Source: Fibrobacteria bacterium
GTDB taxonomy: Bacteria; Fibrobacterota; Fibrobacteria; UBA11236
Direction: 5' to 3'
Assembly: GCA_043745805.1 (NCBI GenBank)
Contig: JAYTSD010000004.1
Span: 192,001-256,000 of the forward strand
Length of the DNA stretch: 64,000 nucleotides
The position numbers were made by a program, and so were the translations under genes. A model generated the notes under the pieces. The model worked only from the letters and a program-made list of their open reading frames with translations, did no database searches and was not told the origin of the DNA. Below are positions 59,619 through 64,000 of the stretch, piece by piece (positions within the stretch are counted from its first letter, which is position 1; each line of letters begins with the position of its first letter).

Positions 59619-62600
59619 CTAATGCTTATTCCGATTAAAAATCTTGCTTGCCACATGATCAAGCACTTCCGCATGCTTAACTAAAGGATCGCCGTTTTCC
59701 AAAGCCTGCTTCGCTTCCACAGCCACTTGGGCGAGAGTCTTAGCGGGTAATGCAGGTACCGTTCCAGGATTCGCCATTAATAAAGGCATTAAACTCGGCC
59801 TTAGGGTTTTAAGAATTTGCACGGGCAATGAACTCGTGAAACCAAAATCTTTTGCGGCTTCCCCATGGACATGCGCTGTAACCGTACCGAAAAAGCGATC
59901 GCCTAAAAAGAAAACAAATGTGGCTGTGCGATTGACCACACGCGACTCTAAAAGCTTTCCTCCTGGAGCAAAGGTATCAAAGCGTTGATCACCTGTTCCC
60001 GTTTTACCACCCAAAGGAATGTATTTTCCATCCGCAAGCGGAAAGGCTTTATAACCGCGCACCGCGGTACCTTTTTCCACAATGTCCAATAAACAACCTT
60101 TTATGGCTTGCGTTAAAGCCAAGGGTAATAAACGAATACCGCTGCTATCACTAGAGGAAAATACCGTCTCATACGGGGTACCCTCACCAAAATGTAATTT
60201 TCGCATCGCCGTGGAGGGATAATGCATCCCTTCATTTTGAATGAGTCCTACCAACTCCGCCAAAGCCATTGGCCTATCCGCAGAGCTCCCAATAGATGTC
60301 GCATACGATGGCACTAACGATCCAAATGGGTAACCTAAACGTTGCCAGGCTTTGTGAATTTCTAAGAAAGCTTCCATTTCCAAAATACTGGAAATGCGAA
60401 AATCTTGTGCATGTTTACTATGCGATTGAAATAACCAGCGATAAACACCTTGTACCTCGGTTTTGCTCGCATCCTTTATTTGATTCCATCCAGCACTCGG
60501 ATATTGTTTTAAATAACTAATAAGCCATAAATCCAAAGGATGCACACCGGCCACATATCCTCTATCCGCCAAAGAGAGGCTATCCTTAAAAAATTGATCG
60601 AAAAGTGGTTCCATTACTTTTTGGGGATAAAGAGAGTCGCTCATTTGTTCGCGAATAAAAGCAAAAAATTGATTTTTATTGGCATCGGGATGAATACTCA
60701 AATAGGCAGTAGTTAAGCGACGTGGACTAGTATGCACACCTTGAAAAAATTCATCTTCCATTTCTGCAAAAACATGTCCGCGATACTTTTTAAAAAATCG
60801 ACTTAAAAAAACTTGTCCTTCTTGTTCTGCAAACTTACCCAAATATTTTTGTCGCTCCGGTGAAGCAATCGTATCTTGTATGAGGCCTGCCGCTCCCGGA
60901 ATTTGCGCACGATAATAAGAAACAATGTCGCGCATCAATCGTACAAAAACCAAATTTATTGAATGGCGAAAACCTAAACGTAAAGTAATAGCCTGATGAT
61001 CATAATCCGTTTCGAAGTTTACAAAAGTGTGTGCGCCGCCTCCGGTGAAAAATGTCTCCGCGGGACTCGCTGAATATTTTCTATCCAAAGCCACCGCTAA
61101 CAAAGTATCTAAGGTGGAGTCATTACCCGCTTTAAAATAATCCAAAGTCCAAGAAGTAATAGGATCATTACCAATAATTTTAATACTATCGAGAGCCTCG
61201 CGCGTTTTACCCTTAAAGCGTTGATGTAAACTGCAAACAATTTCCAAATAATTCACCAAGGTACGTAACTTGGCTGTAGATCCTAAATCTAATTTTACCC
61301 CTTCATTAATATTAAAAGGTTGCTCATAATTATCTGCTTGTACACGCAATAAATTGCGGCCTGGAACATGTTCATACAAAGTGAAGCTATAAATCACTTT
61401 CGCAGGATCCCCTTTATCTAAAAGGCGAAATGCATTCAATCCCGAAGAATCCACAAAAGCTTTGGTGCCTAGGCGTTTTAATAATTGCACCACCGAACTT
61501 TGAGTTTGCCCATCTAAAGTAGTTTGTACATGTAAATCGAGTCGATCCAAATCATAGAGTCGCGGCAGTCCGAGTAGGGTGGTTAAATGAGCGCGAATAG
61601 CATTCACGGCTTTACGTTCGGCAAAGCCAGTGGGTGGAAAAGGAGCGGCGCGCTTCATCAATACAGGGTCCGCGAGTAAAGCGGCATCCCGCAATTGCGG
61701 AGTAATATTGTATCCTTGGCCCACCAACCCCACATAGCTTTGGCTAATTGATTTTAAAGCCAAACGATTTTGTAGTAGATAAGAAGTAGGGCGACGATGC
61801 GCGATAAATAAATTCAAAACTTTTCGATAAGCTAAACCTGTTTTAGCCATATCCACGCCACTATCAATCCCTTCGGGCGAAAGACGCAAGGCCACAGGTT
61901 GGCGCAACAATCTGTTCAAGGTATCAATAGGAGTACCGTACCATGCTAGTAACCCATCGCCCAAACCATTTACTTCGCCGTAACCTGGAAGTGCCGCCAA
62001 AGGAACAGTATTAATATATTCCAAAGCAATACGCCTACGCGCATCCAACGTATTTTCACCTTGTTGATACGCTCTTAAACTGGCCGATACCATTTGTTGC
62101 AGCTTTTCCGTTGCGCCCACGGTACGTCCTTCATCGGAATGCTTATACTTTTCTAATTGTGTGGCTAAAGTACTGCCGCCAGGTACATCCTCTCCTATTC
62201 CCAAACGCTTGCGAATAAATTCCGTACCTGCTTTTACAAAGCGTATCCATTCAAGCGCGGGATTACGATAAGGATGTAAACTATCCAACAAACTTTTATT
62301 TTCAATAAACAATAAGGTTTGCGTCACTTCGCTCGGAATGGAAGCAAAGTCGGGATAAATTTTCATGGGATAATTGGAGTTATAAAGCAATTCACCAGAT
62401 CGATCGAGTAAACGTAAGCCCGCTTGCGTTTTTTCGATATAAGTCGGATTAATCCCTTTTTGCGCTAAATCAAACATCGTTGCTGAAAAACGACTTTGGC
62501 TTTCGATAGTATACCCTTTCGCCAATAAATGTTCCGTGAAAGTCGGGAGCATAATATACCCGCGTCTTTCATCCGAGGGCCCTTTTTGAGGAAATACAAT

Positions 62601-62807
62601 ACTAGGACTAGGTCCGGTTTCTACTGAGTAAAAAATCTTCTCGGTATATTTTTTTACGTAATGAGCTTGCAGCCGAGAGGATTGCAGCTCAAAGCCTATT
62701 AATGCGCCTATTATTAGACATAGGATAAAAAACAGCCAACAGCTGTATTTAAAAAAAGTTCTCAATTTTGTTGTGCTCTTCAAGTTTTTCCTATTTGGCA
62801 TCCTCAT
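59619..62807 (-). CDS. Large bifunctional transglycosylase (GT51)/transpeptidase, class A PBP-like
   Basis: N-terminal TM; LLFIEN, GGSTLATQL, EYINTV; GSTAK (SxxK), SIN, KTGTG. Confidence 0.85.
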   Translation of the reverse strand: MRMPNRKNLKSTTKLRTFFKYSCWLFFILCLIIGALIGFELQSSRLQAHYVKKYTEKIFYSVETGPSPSIVFPQKGPSDERRGYIMLPTFTEHLLAKGYTIESQSRFSATMFDLAQKGINPTYIEKTQAGLRLLDRSGELLYNSNYPMKIYPDFASIPSEVTQTLLFIENKSLLDSLHPYRNPALEWIRFVKAGTEFIRKRLGIGEDVPGGSTLATQLEKYKHSDEGRTVGATEKLQQMVSASLRAYQQGENTLDARRRIALEYINTVPLAALPGYGEVNGLGDGLLAWYGTPIDTLNRLLRQPVALRLSPEGIDSGVDMAKTGLAYRKVLNLFIAHRRPTSYLLQNRLALKSISQSYVGLVGQGYNITPQLRDAALLADPVLMKRAAPFPPTGFAERKAVNAIRAHLTTLLGLPRLYDLDRLDLHVQTTLDGQTQSSVVQLLKRLGTKAFVDSSGLNAFRLLDKGDPAKVIYSFTLYEHVPGRNLLRVQADNYEQPFNINEGVKLDLGSTAKLRTLVNYLEIVCSLHQRFKGKTREALDSIKIIGNDPITSWTLDYFKAGNDSTLDTLLAVALDRKYSASPAETFFTGGGAHTFVNFETDYDHQAITLRLGFRHSINLVFVRLMRDIVSYYRAQIPGAAGLIQDTIASPERQKYLGKFAEQEGQVFLSRFFKKYRGHVFAEMEDEFFQGVHTSPRRLTTAYLSIHPDANKNQFFAFIREQMSDSLYPQKVMEPLFDQFFKDSLSLADRGYVAGVHPLDLWLISYLKQYPSAGWNQIKDASKTEVQGVYRWLFQSHSKHAQDFRISSILEMEAFLEIHKAWQRLGYPFGSLVPSYATSIGSSADRPMALAELVGLIQNEGMHYPSTAMRKLHFGEGTPYETVFSSSDSSGIRLLPLALTQAIKGCLLDIVEKGTAVRGYKAFPLADGKYIPLGGKTGTGDQRFDTFAPGGKLLESRVVNRTATFVFFLGDRFFGTVTAHVHGEAAKDFGFTSSLPVQILKTLRPSLMPLLMANPGTVPALPAKTLAQVAVEAKQALENGDPLVKHAEVLDHVASKIFNRNKH

Positions 62808-62869
62808 TTGGATGGCTATATTGTAGCATGATTCGGTTTGCTTTTTTCACTTATCGATTTAGAAAAATT

Positions 62870-63397
62870 ATGAAGCTTGATCCTGAAGATGAAATAACAG
62901 AAAGCTCGGCTCCTTGGGGCGTTTTGCTATTAGCATTTTTGAGCGGTATTTTCATTGCTTATTTCGGATTAAAATCCACCCTTGAAGATATTCACGAGCT
63001 CAAGCATTTGACTAGCTTCGACACTTACACGGCCACCGAAGGTCGCTTCTTGCAAGTTAAAACGCGCGCCGACACCGCCAGTCCCGAAGATTATTATCCG
63101 GATATTCTTTTCGAATATTTTGTGAATGGAAAAAGTATTTGGGGATGGCGCTTGAGCTATGAGGAAGTGAATAAGCCGAAAGCTTATTGGGAAAATCGTT
63201 TGCGAAACTATACAGTAAATCAAAAGACTACCGTTTACTATAATCCGCTCGATCCTAAAGACTCTATGGTGGAAAAGAAGAATGATGGTTTGCTCAAGCC
63301 TATTTTAAAATTATTGGGTGGATTAGCTTTTGTGATTTTCGGATTATTTCTCTTTTATATACCGCTCAATACTTGGCTGCACCAAGGGTTTCGCTAA
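62870..63397 (+). CDS. DUF3592-like membrane protein
   Basis: TM, ATEGR, YYPDILFEYFVNGK, VYYNPLDPKDS, TM; start taken at ATG 62870. Confidence 0.7.
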   Translation: MKLDPEDEITESSAPWGVLLLAFLSGIFIAYFGLKSTLEDIHELKHLTSFDTYTATEGRFLQVKTRADTASPEDYYPDILFEYFVNGKSIWGWRLSYEEVNKPKAYWENRLRNYTVNQKTTVYYNPLDPKDSMVEKKNDGLLKPILKLLGGLAFVIFGLFLFYIPLNTWLHQGFR

Positions 63398-63465
63398 GCT
63401 TTCAAAATGCCTAGCCTAGTCCCAAAGAACTAGGACAACCTAGCGAACCTATATGTGAACTGATA

Positions 63466-63888
63466 CTATTTTAACACCGTCCCTAGGCCTTGCAATTCTT
63501 CCGGAGCTAATACTCCTTTCACAATTTTTTGAGCTTCAAATTGCGCCGTAACCGTATCACCTTTATTTAAAGCGACTTTAGCCTTCTCTGCGGCATCCTT
63601 AGAACGTTCTTGCATATTCTCTATCGAATCGAGTCGAGCATAAATTAAGCTGTCATTTTTAGAGGTTAAATACTGAGCCGTTTTCAATTTTTCATAATGT
63701 TGTTTTGCGGGCAAAAACTCCCCTTTAGTAAAAAGCGAATCCGCAGTACTAAAGCTATGCAGTGAGGATTTTTTTTGGAATTGATAATAAGCGGTAAATC
63801 CACCGATAATAACTATCAAACCTATTCCTACTACCCAATCCCAAAAGGAGGATTGACTTTCCTCACCATCTTTATCTAAAAAACTCAT
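63466..63888 (-). CDS. Hypothetical single-TM protein with helical (TPR-like) region
   Basis: AAGGAGAG RBS; TM WVVGIGLIVIIGGFTAYY; ADSLFTKGEFLPAKQHY. Confidence 0.65.
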   Translation of the reverse strand: MSFLDKDGEESQSSFWDWVVGIGLIVIIGGFTAYYQFQKKSSLHSFSTADSLFTKGEFLPAKQHYEKLKTAQYLTSKNDSLIYARLDSIENMQERSKDAAEKAKVALNKGDTVTAQFEAQKIVKGVLAPEELQGLGTVLK

Positions 63889-64000
63889 AACTCTCCTTTT
63901 CAGTCCGGCACAAAGTTAAAAAAAAGCGCCTAAGTCGGAATAGCTTGAATGCGTTTCAACCAAAAGGATTGTCCTTCGCTTAATTGAGGTTGAAACCCGT

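Noticed and set aside
63410-63455. Clustered CCTAG/CTAGG repeats and a small hairpin between convergent genes
   Set aside because: Short and irregular; most simply a weak terminator
1-64000. The many short antisense or overlapping ORFs (e.g. 3082-3447, 16001-16354, 25171-25629, 50617-50955)
   Set aside because: Shadows of well-supported genes, with no RBS or recognisable motifs
1-64000. CRISPR array, prophage, IS or integrative element at the tRNAs
   Set aside because: No regularly spaced repeats, integrase, transposase or duplicated tRNA 3' end was seen
63930-64000. Possible 3' end of a minus-strand CDS (...GFQPQLSEGQSFWLKRIQAIPT*)
   Set aside because: Too short to identify or confirm within the window

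Overview
About 40% GC bacterial chromosomal window, most likely Fibrobacterota/FCB group (inferred from two TIGR02147-type genes and Fibrobacter-style secreted-protein C-termini). Mostly housekeeping genes: a dcw cluster (mraZ-rsmH-ftsL-ftsI-murE-murF-ftsW, with no mraY/murD in place), nadB, a PPIase, glgC-pgm, dusB, glyA, argJ, greA-holA, rlu/rlmH/uvrD, an ABC-2 exporter, ridA, GH84, tkt, a class A PBP and two tRNA-Glu genes. Surface-protein loci are interspersed. Best novel candidates: (1) a three-gene operon at 30935-33970 resembling Zorya type III (DUF3348-DUF802-DUF2894) but lacking both the OmpA/MotB gene and the MotA-like channel helices; (2) an unannotated minus-strand two-hairpin RNA with GUUCCCCC loops at about 57725-57845; (3) two TIGR02147 + lipoprotein modules sharing an upstream TGCTC motif. 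No CRISPR array, integrase or transposase was seen. Family calls come from motif recognition by eye, not from database searches.
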